Shown in pieces: positions 1 to 11,762 of a DNA stretch of 64,000 nucleotides. This stretch comes from an uncultured Methanosarcinales archaeon (GTDB taxonomy: Archaea; Halobacteriota; Methanosarcinia; Methanotrichales; Methanotrichaceae). The translations under genes were made by a program, and so were the position numbers. Each line of letters begins with the position of its first letter. The stretch's first letter is position 1. Under the pieces are notes generated by a model. The model was not told the DNA's origin. It was given only the letters and a program-made list of their open reading frames with translations, and did no database searches. Location of the stretch: the NCBI GenBank assembly GCA_963843555.1, contig CAWJKV010000004.1, positions 96,001 through 160,000 of the forward strand, given 5' to 3'.

Positions 1-2
1 CA

Positions 3-113
3 ACTAAATCCCCCCATAAGATTATCACTGAAAGGACGATAGAAGCAATGACACGCTTACTGAAGAAATTCAGGGAGGAGGTAGAGAGCCCTGAACTCTC
101 CAGCATCGGTTGA
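3..113 (+). CDS. 3' end of an unidentified CDS entering from the left edge
   Basis: Open frame TKSPHKIITERTIEAMTRLLKKFREEVESPELSSIG* ending TGA at 111-113; no motif recognised. Confidence 0.35.
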   Translation, partial: TKSPHKIITERTIEAMTRLLKKFREEVESPELSSIG

Positions 114-361
114 TTTAGATAACTCAACAAATCTATTATATATGTTCATTATACTTAATCTTTTCGGCCCAATTTCCGTTTGAAACCGCGTTATGGATTT
201 TGAGGGAAGGGAGCACCACGGATGATGGTGGATAATTGTGAAATATGTGACACTAACACACTAACTGAAGTCTTAAATACCACTATATCTATATCTACTT
301 GAGACCATTTTCCATGACAATTGGTCGATGTCCACACTAAAAGACAAGAAAAATCGGAGAA

Positions 362-646
362 ATGAAGGCGCACATGGACAAAAAATTGTACCGCTCCAAG
401 AAGGATCGCTGGGTCGGGGGGGTATGCGGCGGTCTGGGTGAGTACCTGAACATTGACCCGATCATCATCCGGCTGATCGCAATGGTGCTGATCCTATCCG
501 CGGGCGCGGGCCTCATTGTATATATCATTGCCTGGCTCATCGTGCCCGAGGAGCCGGATTTGCCCACCGGAACGGAAGAATCCCAGACCGTGGTTGATAT
601 AACTGAAATCGCAGTTCCAAAAGCAAAAGAAGAAAAATGGGAGTAA
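362..646 (+). CDS. pspC: PspC domain membrane protein
   Basis: KKLYRSKKDRWVGGVCGGLGEYLNIDPIIIRL...YIIAWLIVPEE is the PspC signature. Confidence 0.9.
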   Translation: MKAHMDKKLYRSKKDRWVGGVCGGLGEYLNIDPIIIRLIAMVLILSAGAGLIVYIIAWLIVPEEPDLPTGTEESQTVVDITEIAVPKAKEEKWE

Positions 647-869
647 ATAGCATTTATTTTTTGAGAAAGTTCATCGCTCGCCACGCTATCGACCTGTATC
701 CCGTGAACCCAAGCCGGCTAAAGGGTAAAATTGATTCTCAGGTAATTCATCATCGACAAGGATGATGCCATTGCGTTAGTTATTGCCTAAGACTCCGTTG
801 AGAATCGCGTAAAGTATATCTACAATTGCCGTAGTCTCCCCTCATCCCACCCCAAGTGAGGCTAGACAC

Positions 870-3543
<2,674 letters not shown>

Positions 3544-3677
3544 AAATAAGAAAATTATAAAAAATAGATATATCAAAATCGAACAACGAACGACAAAAGA
3601 TCGAATATTGAGTCGCGCATCACAGGGGAGCGGCCCGGAGCTGTTGCGCTATTTATCGCCTTCATTAGATCGTGTAA

Positions 3678-3724
3678 ACGGGGCCCTGGCCCCGTCTTTG
3701 GTCCAGGAAATTCTGTTTTTTTTT
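3678..3724 (+). terminator. GC hairpin plus T-run, probable terminator between convergent genes
   Basis: ACGGGGC-CCTG-GCCCCGT (3678-3695), followed by T9 at 3716-3724. Confidence 0.5.
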
Positions 3725-3746
3725 GCAGCTCATCTTCTTGTCTTTT

Positions 3747-5096
3747 CTATTTCATGATCCTGAAGACTCTGTCCGTCAACATCTCGATGGGTCTATTCAC
3801 CAGAAAAGCCCTGGATCCCAGTCTCTTTCGGACGCCGAACTGGACCTGGCCTTTGAGGATGGCGAACTTCATCTTGAATTCCGAGAATTCGCTCTCAAAG
3901 GTCAGAGTGTGATCAGACAGGAGACTCGTCTCGCCTTTCCAGTCTCTCACGGACTTGTTCTTGACCCTCTCGGACAACCTGGTTCCCGGTAGAGGATAGG
4001 GCATAGTAAAAGAGAGATAATCCAGGGGAAGGGATGTTGCAAACCTTATGGTCTTAAGCACCTGGTCATCGTCCTCCCCTGGATAACAGAGAATAAAAAA
4101 TGCGCCCGTTTTGAGCCCGGCCGACATTGCCGCTCCAATAGCTCTCCCGGCCTGGTCCAGGGAGATCATCTTTCCCATGAGCCTCAATGTGGCCTCGTCA
4201 CCTGACTCGATCCCAAAGAATATCCTGTCGCAACCGGCTTTCTTCATAGCAGCTGCCGTGGCCTCGTCGATCGAGTCCACCCTGCCCAGGCACTCCCATT
4301 TGAAGTCCAGACGGCGACTTTGGATATCCTCGCAGATCTGCATTATGCGCTTCTTGTTCAAGGTGAATACATCATCTGCGAAATGAATCCGTTCATAGCC
4401 CATTGCCAGGGTCTCCTCGACCTCATTCAAGACATTTTCTGAAGAACGCTCCCGGTAAGATGTCCCAAAGACGGCATTGCTGCAGAACTCGCAGCTGAAA
4501 GGACAGCCCCGGGTGGTCATAACCGTTGTAGCGGAATAGCCAAAATGCTTCTTCCAGTAGTCGATATACATCCGGTTGGGGAAGAGATTCCTTGCAGGGA
4601 AGGGTATCTGATCCAGGTCGAGCTGCAATTCTCTCTTCGGCGTTTCAACTGTGCTGCCCTCCTGGCGGTATGTCAATCCCTCAATCTTGCCATAGCCTGT
4701 GCCCGCCTCATAAGCTGAGGCTATCTCTGCAATTGCTGATTCGCCTTCGCCCTTAATCACAAGGTCAAAATCGTCACAAAAAGAACTCGGGTCGCAGGAT
4801 GGAAGGGGGCCGCCGGCAATGAGAAGATCGCAATGATCGCGCAGCAGCCTGGCGAATGTGAGGCTCTCCTGACGCATCGTCACCATGCTGTAAACTCCTA
4901 CAATGTCGGCCCTGGCATCTATGGCCCGCCGCCTGGCTTCCCCCCGTTCCAGGAAGGTGCAGTCCAGTATCTGGGGGTGGTATCCGTGGCTTATCAGGCT
5001 TGAGGCCAAATAGCCCAATCCCAGGGGAGGGAAACGGAAAGAAGATCGGTTGTGCCCGGAGCGAAAATAGGGATAGATGAGAAGAATTCGCGTCAT
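3747..5096 (-). CDS. Cobalamin-binding radical SAM protein
   Basis: N-terminal PPLGLGYLAS and AGGPLPS B12-binding-domain motifs; TRGCPFSCEFC CxxxCxxC motif; FADDVF; GIESG; PLPGT. Confidence 0.9.
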   Translation of the reverse strand: MTRILLIYPYFRSGHNRSSFRFPPLGLGYLASSLISHGYHPQILDCTFLERGEARRRAIDARADIVGVYSMVTMRQESLTFARLLRDHCDLLIAGGPLPSCDPSSFCDDFDLVIKGEGESAIAEIASAYEAGTGYGKIEGLTYRQEGSTVETPKRELQLDLDQIPFPARNLFPNRMYIDYWKKHFGYSATTVMTTRGCPFSCEFCSNAVFGTSYRERSSENVLNEVEETLAMGYERIHFADDVFTLNKKRIMQICEDIQSRRLDFKWECLGRVDSIDEATAAAMKKAGCDRIFFGIESGDEATLRLMGKMISLDQAGRAIGAAMSAGLKTGAFFILCYPGEDDDQVLKTIRFATSLPLDYLSFTMPYPLPGTRLSERVKNKSVRDWKGETSLLSDHTLTFESEFSEFKMKFAILKGQVQFGVRKRLGSRAFLVNRPIEMLTDRVFRIMK

Positions 5097-5914
5097 GTAC
5101 TGCCTATTGTAATGGAATAGGTGAATTCGTCTCTATGGGGCGGCAATACATAAGCGAGGCCCGACCATGCCAGCCGGCCCGGCACAAGTTCCCTGCCTCG
5201 AAACATCCTGGCACCTTCAACCTTCTTTAGAGTGAACGATAGTCCGTCTGCATGATCAAAGAATGCTGCGTATTCAGCATGGACCTCATCCCAGCTGCCT
5301 ATTTCGTTCCCTTTCAGAATAAGTCCGTCTGAATCTTCGTAAACATCAAACCAGTTTGCCCCTAGCTCATTGAGGACGATCTTCTCAGTGCAGCCGTTAA
5401 CCAAGGGAAACTTGAGACTTACTTGAATTTTTGATCCTATGATCCGATAGGCCACTCTCACCGACCCTGGACTGGGTATCCTGCAAAAGGCATCTTTCAA
5501 ACCCAGAGATCGCCTCAGAATACCAGAACAAATGGACATTCCCCTTCTCAATTCGGGCTGTTCTCTATGAATCTTGGAAAACATGTTGCAGGCCAGGCAG
5601 AATATGTGATTTTTGACAACATCATCTCCCTTAGACATGCGAGCCATAAGATCCATGGAGTATTCAGCTTCGATCAGTGAAAAGCCATCATGTCTCCCGG
5701 CCGATATCTTCCAGGAACCAGGGAATATCGATTCAGTTCCTAATTTTAGCGCCGGCATTCCAAAACCTACGCCTTCTTCTGATAGATCTCGATCCAGCCG
5801 GTCAAGGATCAGACCTTTCTGAATCCGGGAGCTGGGAAAGCTGCCGCACCCTGCTGCCATTGTCCCAATGAAAACACCTTCGAAAGTCGGGAGAGGGAAT
5901 CTTTCCAGCACCAT
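5093..5914 (-). CDS. Hypothetical protein (273 aa), translationally coupled to the radical SAM gene
   Basis: Long ORF; its stop overlaps the radical SAM ATG by 4 nt. Confidence 0.75.
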   Translation of the reverse strand: MVLERFPLPTFEGVFIGTMAAGCGSFPSSRIQKGLILDRLDRDLSEEGVGFGMPALKLGTESIFPGSWKISAGRHDGFSLIEAEYSMDLMARMSKGDDVVKNHIFCLACNMFSKIHREQPELRRGMSICSGILRRSLGLKDAFCRIPSPGSVRVAYRIIGSKIQVSLKFPLVNGCTEKIVLNELGANWFDVYEDSDGLILKGNEIGSWDEVHAEYAAFFDHADGLSFTLKKVEGARMFRGRELVPGRLAWSGLAYVLPPHRDEFTYSITIGST

Positions 5915-6082
5915 AACATAACTGTTCAGATGATATAAAAACTCTCAGCACCAGTCTGAATCTGGCTTAATACCTTTCTTATTTTAGGGCAAAAAGCTGC
6001 AATTCGATATATATGCCTGATCGGGCCTGAGGCCAAACGTCTACTGGTATGGCCCAATTCAGGCTCTACATTCTTCATCCAC

Positions 6083-6418
6083 CTAGCGTTGACTTATGCG
6101 GGATTCGACTCTCGTCAGATCAGCCCTTGCAGAGGGCAATCTTCCCGTATTCTTTCGCATCAATTGGTAAGCTATCTCTGGATCCACATTGTATTTCGTC
6201 AGATATTCCTCTCGAGAGAGATTTCCACCCAGGCTGGATACGTACAATGGCGTCCCGACAATCGGAGAGATCTTTCCTGCGGGCAGAATCCATTCAAAGC
6301 CCAGAGGAAGGTCGCAGAGCCAGTCTTCCTCGTCGTATTGGGGGTCAAGGAGTATGTCCCTCTCTTTTTCATTCACTGCACCACAATTTTTACACACGAA
6401 TTTGACCTTCATGCACAA
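6083..6418 (-). CDS. Hypothetical protein with N-terminal CxxCG
   Basis: 111-aa ORF with CKNCG and a later WLC; GAGGA SD-like sequence and TATATA upstream. Confidence 0.65.
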   Translation of the reverse strand: MCMKVKFVCKNCGAVNEKERDILLDPQYDEEDWLCDLPLGFEWILPAGKISPIVGTPLYVSSLGGNLSREEYLTKYNVDPEIAYQLMRKNTGRLPSARADLTRVESRISQR

Positions 6419-6724
6419 TTCCTCACTTATTGATTAAGAAACTGCCATGACAGTATATATAATTTACTGATAGAATTATTTCAAGGCAATAGAGGGACTA
6501 CTGAATTTCACCCGGGATAATCATGGATCAAAAAATTTATTGAGACCGCCATCAGGATACAGGAAGCATACAGATCCGCGATCGGATAAATTGACATTTC
6601 GGAGACTTCAGACCGGCCTGGATTTGGTCAGACCATGATAATTGCACTCCAGGAGGCCTTGAGCGAACCGTTTCATAGTACGACCTCTGGTGCTACCCTT
6701 TGCGGAGCCCAATACCATGAGCCT

Positions 6725-6877
6725 CTAAATCCGGGTCTTTCGTGGCCGTTCATTCTTTATGCTGCCCTTCGCTTTATCAAAGACGGGAGCATCTGACTTG
6801 ATCTTCTGTGGCTTTGAGGGATCGTGTTTGCCAGGTCCCTCGATCGGCATACCCTTAGCGCCCTTTTTCTTGCTCAT
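6725..6877 (-). CDS. Small basic hypothetical protein (50 aa)
   Basis: MSKKKGAKGMPIEGPGKHDPSKPQKIK...; GGAGG SD at ~6887-6891. Confidence 0.5.
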   Translation of the reverse strand: MSKKKGAKGMPIEGPGKHDPSKPQKIKSDAPVFDKAKGSIKNERPRKTRI

Positions 6878-7128
6878 ACAACTCTTGCCTCCACTTATTG
6901 ATTTATCTGCCGGCACAAATTTTTATCCGGGAACTCAAATGCTATCACAATCATACCATCCAATCAATGAGACTTCAGGATGCAACATTGCCTATGTAAT
7001 TCATTTCTCATCCCATAAATACTAAACAGCAGCTTACGGCAAGTCATGATTTTCGGAGAGCGGTTCTCGACAGATCGTCCCAGGCCCGGGATTGGTCGAC
7101 AAATGCTGGCCCAAAAGGTACACCTACC

Positions 7129-7671
7129 TTGACGGCATTGATATGCCACGTGCTAAAGCCGCATAGTATCCTGGAAGAGTCTGTAGCTGCCCGTCATGTC
7201 ATCTGGATGCAAAGCCGCAAGTGTCTGCTGCAATACTGGGAATGGTGCTCCATCCGTTCCCGGGCATTCGTGGCCATTGCAGTTGTCGCTCCACGCAGCC
7301 GTTATGCAGTTGTGGAGCTTGACCTATACGGCCTTGGTGCGGGCGGCTTCGATAAAGATGCAGGCAAGGAGATCTTGCACGCCACCCTGGAACAACCTCT
7401 AAAGCCAGATTCCGTCTTTTTCGTCAGTCCGACTTACGTTTCGGCATGTGTCCAGGAGAAATCGGCCCGGGCGTTTGCAGGTCGCATTTATCGTATCGCT
7501 CAGGAAGCGCTGTCCCTGGATCAGATAACCCATGAGCAATGGATCCGAGGAAATCTGGATAGAACAGAATCTGGTGGCTGCAAGAAGAGCGCTTTCGCGC
7601 CTGTGAGTGGACTTGCCAGGGCAGAGGTGATCGAGGCTCTACGTAAGGACGGCGATGCCGCTTTTGGATAA
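7129..7671 (+). CDS. Hypothetical protein (start uncertain, possibly ATG at ~7207)
   Basis: 180-aa ORF with protein-like composition; no motif recognised. Confidence 0.45.
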   Translation: MTALICHVLKPHSILEESVAARHVIWMQSRKCLLQYWEWCSIRSRAFVAIAVVAPRSRYAVVELDLYGLGAGGFDKDAGKEILHATLEQPLKPDSVFFVSPTYVSACVQEKSARAFAGRIYRIAQEALSLDQITHEQWIRGNLDRTESGGCKKSAFAPVSGLARAEVIEALRKDGDAAFG

Positions 7672-7942
7672 GAAATGTGTCAGGTGCTTATGCGTCGAAC
7701 ATCGGGTCGGTATCAGGTGAAATTGTGACCGCACGCCAGACCTTCACACCGATCCATGCTATTTGTGCAAGGAAGGGGATTCAAACTAAATCGTTATTTC
7801 TTCCGGAACCGTATACCAATGGCGACATCAATGGATATCCTGAGGTTTCCTTCTGCGTGAGTCCCCTGGTTTTTTGCCATCTAACCCCAGGATCACATTT
7901 ATATTTCAATGCTTCTTTAACTGGAAGTGACGAGGCGCTGAG

Positions 7943-8560
7943 ATGAAAGGGATGGTTTTTATGATGCTGCTATCTGCGGCCTGCATTGCCGCCTTTTTGG
8001 CTGATGCGGCAACGGCGGATACGCTGGCCCAGAACTTCACCGAGCATTCCTGGGTATTCGTCAACGGCTACATGGAAGAGTCGAGAATCCTTCAGACCCA
8101 GGCGGGCTTTGGCGGCCAGAAGATGGTCCTTGGCGCCAGCGGGAGCGGAATGGTTACCAGAACCATAGATTCTGAGGTCTACAAGGACTCGAATCGGGAT
8201 GAAACATCCCTCACCAGCTCAGTCAATTTCGATTACAGACCCTATACCCCCCCGCTCACGCAGAGCGACCTGCGCAATGCTCTCTGCGCCAAGAATTACG
8301 AAGTTGGTTCGGTCTTCTCAGAGACATATCAGATTGATAAGGACCTCATCAAGGATACGAAGATCTACCAGAACGATAGCTTTTCCGTCTATGATATCAG
8401 CTCTGAGATCCAGGGGACCGCCAGGATCGGCCAGCGAGTTCAAAAGAATGCCAATACCGTTCCGTCCTTAATGATGAGCGGAACATACATGGGTTATGCG
8501 CAGATAAGATCGGAGACTGTGGCGGGAAATACATCCGTCTTGACCCTCCCCTGCCCGTGA
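7943..8560 (+). CDS. Secreted hypothetical protein
   Basis: Signal peptide MKGMVFMMLLSAACIAAFLADAA; S/T/G-rich beta-type body; GAGG SD. Confidence 0.75.
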   Translation: MKGMVFMMLLSAACIAAFLADAATADTLAQNFTEHSWVFVNGYMEESRILQTQAGFGGQKMVLGASGSGMVTRTIDSEVYKDSNRDETSLTSSVNFDYRPYTPPLTQSDLRNALCAKNYEVGSVFSETYQIDKDLIKDTKIYQNDSFSVYDISSEIQGTARIGQRVQKNANTVPSLMMSGTYMGYAQIRSETVAGNTSVLTLPCP

Positions 8561-8766
8561 GAGCAGAATAGGGTTGGATATAATTTTAGGAGGGGGCAAA
8601 AGTCACTGAAACTGAGGGAGGGAAAGAAACGAGATTCGACTCTTGCCAAGTCGTAGATACGTCGATTGCCGTATTTAAGGATTTCGTTCCAGATCGATGC
8701 AGCAAAAGCGCAACAAATCCGACAGCAAACCCGATGCCGGCATCCCGTCAATATGCCACCCGGGCC

Positions 8767-9567
8767 TCAGGATTTCACCATATCGAATACCCACCGGCTG
8801 ACGCCAGGCGCCACATTGCCGCAGCGGCGGCATTGCATTACCTCCAGGCCCAGATCTTCGTAGCTCTGCTGAAGTTCCTCGATCTGATGGCGCTTCTTGA
8901 AGGTGTAAAAATGCAACCAGCCCCCTGCCTTCATCATTTGCAATGCCGTCTTTATGATTCGGTCCATTCCGTAGGGAGTGGGCACCACAACCCTGTCGAA
9001 ATCCGTCTTCAGCAATTCATTCATCTGAAATGCGTCCCCATTTATCACCGCGATCTTATCCTGCACATGGTTCCGCCGGGCATTCTCGGCCAGCCATAAA
9101 CATGCGTCGCGATTCTTCTCCAGAGCCACGACATGAGCCCCCCGGGCCGCAATGGGAACCACGAAGGGACCCGAGCCCGCGAATGGCACCAGCACATCTT
9201 CACCGTCTTTGACCATGTTCGCCACTCTCATTCTTTCGCTGCCGAGACGGCTGTTGAAAAAGACCCTCGCTACATCCAGGTGGTAGATAAAACCGAATTC
9301 CTTGTGGGCGGTGATGGTGTTGCCGGTGCCCGCCAGAACCTCGAAGTGGGCCACCCTTTCCTCGCCCTGCAGCCGGGAGGTCTTGTTCAGCACGGTATGA
9401 ATGTGGTTGCACTGATTCAATAGGGCTGCAGCTACCTCCTTCTTGTATCCCTCCAGCTCCGGTGCAAGGGATAGAACTGCTATGTCTCCGATGACGTGGT
9501 AGCCGTCCGAAAGCCTGCACAGGCTCTCTTCGGGCACAATTCCTCGCAGCATCTCCTTCAGGCGCAT
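8767..9567 (-). CDS. Trm5/Met-10+ family SAM-dependent tRNA methyltransferase (Trm5a/Taw21-like)
   Basis: YHVIGDIAVL, HKEFGFIYHLDVARVFFNSRLGSERMR, PFAGSGPF SAM motif, RVVVPTPY. Confidence 0.85.
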   Translation of the reverse strand: MRLKEMLRGIVPEESLCRLSDGYHVIGDIAVLSLAPELEGYKKEVAAALLNQCNHIHTVLNKTSRLQGEERVAHFEVLAGTGNTITAHKEFGFIYHLDVARVFFNSRLGSERMRVANMVKDGEDVLVPFAGSGPFVVPIAARGAHVVALEKNRDACLWLAENARRNHVQDKIAVINGDAFQMNELLKTDFDRVVVPTPYGMDRIIKTALQMMKAGGWLHFYTFKKRHQIEELQQSYEDLGLEVMQCRRCGNVAPGVSRWVFDMVKS

Positions 9568-9617
9568 CTTCGTTCCTCTCTCCTTTGCCAGCAAACCGGT
9601 CCTAAATCAAAAGAGCC

Positions 9618-10505
9618 TCAAAAGCTCCCCAGGGTAAACTGGTTTTGCAGCCTTATCTCCTTCTGTTCATGGGGCAGCATGAGCAGATCCATGAGCTGGA
9701 AGGCATTTCTCACCGACTTGGACCGGGCGTGGTTATTGAAGTAGACTCTGACCTTCTGCGCCTTCAGCTCAGCCTCTTTTATGCGCGGCACCCAAGGCAT
9801 GAGCTGCTCTTTGCTGTAGAGATAATCGTATCTGTCCAGCCGGAAGTCGTCCCCTTTATCTTTTTCATACCAGATGTCGTAATTGCGGCCGTGAAAGCGA
9901 AAGTAGGAGTGATCGGCACTGGAAGCCTTGCGGGCATGCAGACCCGGGCCGTCGACCAGAACACTGGCCACATTGCGATCATTCAGGATCTGCATCGCAT
10001 GGGGATCGATCTCCTCCCCACCCTCCTCCAGCCAGGAGCGGTGCCGAAACTCCACAGCATAATTGCAGTCACGAAAAGAGAGAGAGTCCAGAACCTTTTC
10101 CAGAGTCCATAGGGCAGAAGCCGTATTCTTGAAGTAAGGTGAGAGCTGCAGCAGCACACATCCCAGGAGGGCCGCCTCGCTCATGGGCAGGATGCAGGTC
10201 TTCTCAAAGGATTTAGCCCAATGAACGGCGCGATCACTGTCACCCTGGACCATGGACTTGTGAGTCACAAGCTGGGGCATCTTCAGGGAATACTCGAAAT
10301 CATTCAGCTCAATGCCCTTCTTTATCCAGGATGCTACCTGGAGCTCGCCCGGAGGCCGGTAGAAGGTGCTGTTAATCTCCACCGTCCGGAAATACCTGGC
10401 ATAGTAGGCCAGCCATTCGCCCTTCTTCTGGGCCAGCTCTATCGGGTAGAACCTGCCCACCCAATCGTCATAGGACCAGCCGCTAGAGCCTACCAGGATA
10501 GTCAT
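9618..10505 (-). CDS. DUF72 family protein
   Basis: ILVGSSGWSYDDW, YFRTVEINSTFYR, LLQLSPYF, AVEFRHRSW, YFRFHGRN, VYFNNH. Confidence 0.9.
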   Translation of the reverse strand: MTILVGSSGWSYDDWVGRFYPIELAQKKGEWLAYYARYFRTVEINSTFYRPPGELQVASWIKKGIELNDFEYSLKMPQLVTHKSMVQGDSDRAVHWAKSFEKTCILPMSEAALLGCVLLQLSPYFKNTASALWTLEKVLDSLSFRDCNYAVEFRHRSWLEEGGEEIDPHAMQILNDRNVASVLVDGPGLHARKASSADHSYFRFHGRNYDIWYEKDKGDDFRLDRYDYLYSKEQLMPWVPRIKEAELKAQKVRVYFNNHARSKSVRNAFQLMDLLMLPHEQKEIRLQNQFTLGSF

Positions 10506-10614
10506 TAATACCCATAGACCACCCGGGGCCCATAATAGTTTTCTCTCCTCGGGCGAAGGCTTCTGAACCATACTTATTTAAAAATCCTCTTCCAGGAGGT
10601 TACAGGATCTTGAG

Positions 10615-11028
10615 ATGAGTTACATAGAAGATATCCGCAGGCTGGGAAGAGATGCCAACCCCTTCCTCCGATTGATGGGGATCGAACTGGGCCCGTTTGG
10701 TCGGGGAGAGGCCGCGCTCTCCATGCAGGTGCGGCCCGATATGCTTAACGGGGCGGGATGGCTGCAGGGAGGCCTTTTCACGTCATTAAGCGATGAAGCC
10801 ATGGCCCTGGCCCTTTTCACCGTGCTGGATGAGGATGAGGGCATCGCCACCATATCAGAGAGCACCAGCTTCTTGCAGGGCATCAGGACGGGCAGGGTCA
10901 CGGCCACGGCAAGGGTGGTCAAGCGGGGCAGAAGTGTCGCCTTCCTGGAGAGCGCCGTAACGAATTCGGATGATGGATCGCTTCTTGCCAGGACTTCTGC
11001 CTCCTTTGCCATCATGCCCGAGAGATAA
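10615..11028 (+). CDS. PaaI family thioesterase (hotdog fold)
   Basis: NPFLRLMGI...MLNGAGWLQGGLFTSLSDEAMA...VVKRGRSVAF. Confidence 0.85.
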   Translation: MSYIEDIRRLGRDANPFLRLMGIELGPFGRGEAALSMQVRPDMLNGAGWLQGGLFTSLSDEAMALALFTVLDEDEGIATISESTSFLQGIRTGRVTATARVVKRGRSVAFLESAVTNSDDGSLLARTSASFAIMPER

Positions 11029-11053
11029 ATGGATTGAAGGGCAGGAGACGATT

Positions 11054-11266
11054 TTAACTAAGCTTTGCCGATTTGAATCCGGTCATGCCGTGCTCTCCCA
11101 GTTGCAGCCGGCGGACGACCTCACCCGCGGCCCTGGCGTCCTCAACGCTCGCCAGAATCCTCGTCTTGCTGAGAGTGGTTCTCTTTCCACAGGGACAGGT
11201 CCTGGTCTTGGCGTCCTGGGGAGAATATAGGTGACGGCCGCAGCTACACCGGAAGACGATGAACAT
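11054..11266 (-). CDS. DUF1922-like zinc-ribbon protein
   Basis: MFIVFRCSCGRHLY...KTRTCPCGK. Confidence 0.75.
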   Translation of the reverse strand: MFIVFRCSCGRHLYSPQDAKTRTCPCGKRTTLSKTRILASVEDARAAGEVVRRLQLGEHGMTGFKSAKLS

Positions 11267-11281
11267 TAAAAGGAAAAGGGT

Positions 11282-11665
11282 TTACTGGGGAGGCAGCAGT
11301 ATGGCATTGATGACGCCATCCTGGCCGGGCCGGTTGGTTATCCTGGCATCTCCCAGCTCTGTCTTGATGATTGCGCCCTTGGTGAGGATGTTCCTTCTCA
11401 TGTAGTGAAGATTGGCCTTATTGTCCTTTACAGTCTCGATCTTGACCGTCGTGGACTTTCCGGTCTTGGGATCAGCGACTGCGGCCATATTGCCCCGCAG
11501 CATGCGCAGCTTCTCATTTCCGCCCAGCGTCTCGATCTTCTTGACTCTGACGGCGGCAATGGTGGTGTCACTCTGCTCTCTGCCTACCTCATACTTTCTC
11601 TTGCCTCTGGCCAGAATCAATTTTCCGCCCGTGGCCTTCCTTCCGATTGTGCCTTGCCAACGCAT
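11282..11665 (-). CDS. rps8e: 30S ribosomal protein S8e
   Basis: [52 protein letters not shown]. Confidence 0.95.
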   Translation of the reverse strand: MRWQGTIGRKATGGKLILARGKRKYEVGREQSDTTIAAVRVKKIETLGGNEKLRMLRGNMAAVADPKTGKSTTVKIETVKDNKANLHYMRRNILTKGAIIKTELGDARITNRPGQDGVINAILLPPQ

Positions 11666-11762
11666 ATTGTAATTCCTCAGATCGCGAATATCCTTCGGTG
11701 CAGGGAATTTAAAGGTTGTGGTGATTTTTCCAAGGCATTTTTCGGCATGCCGAGTCTTTGAC

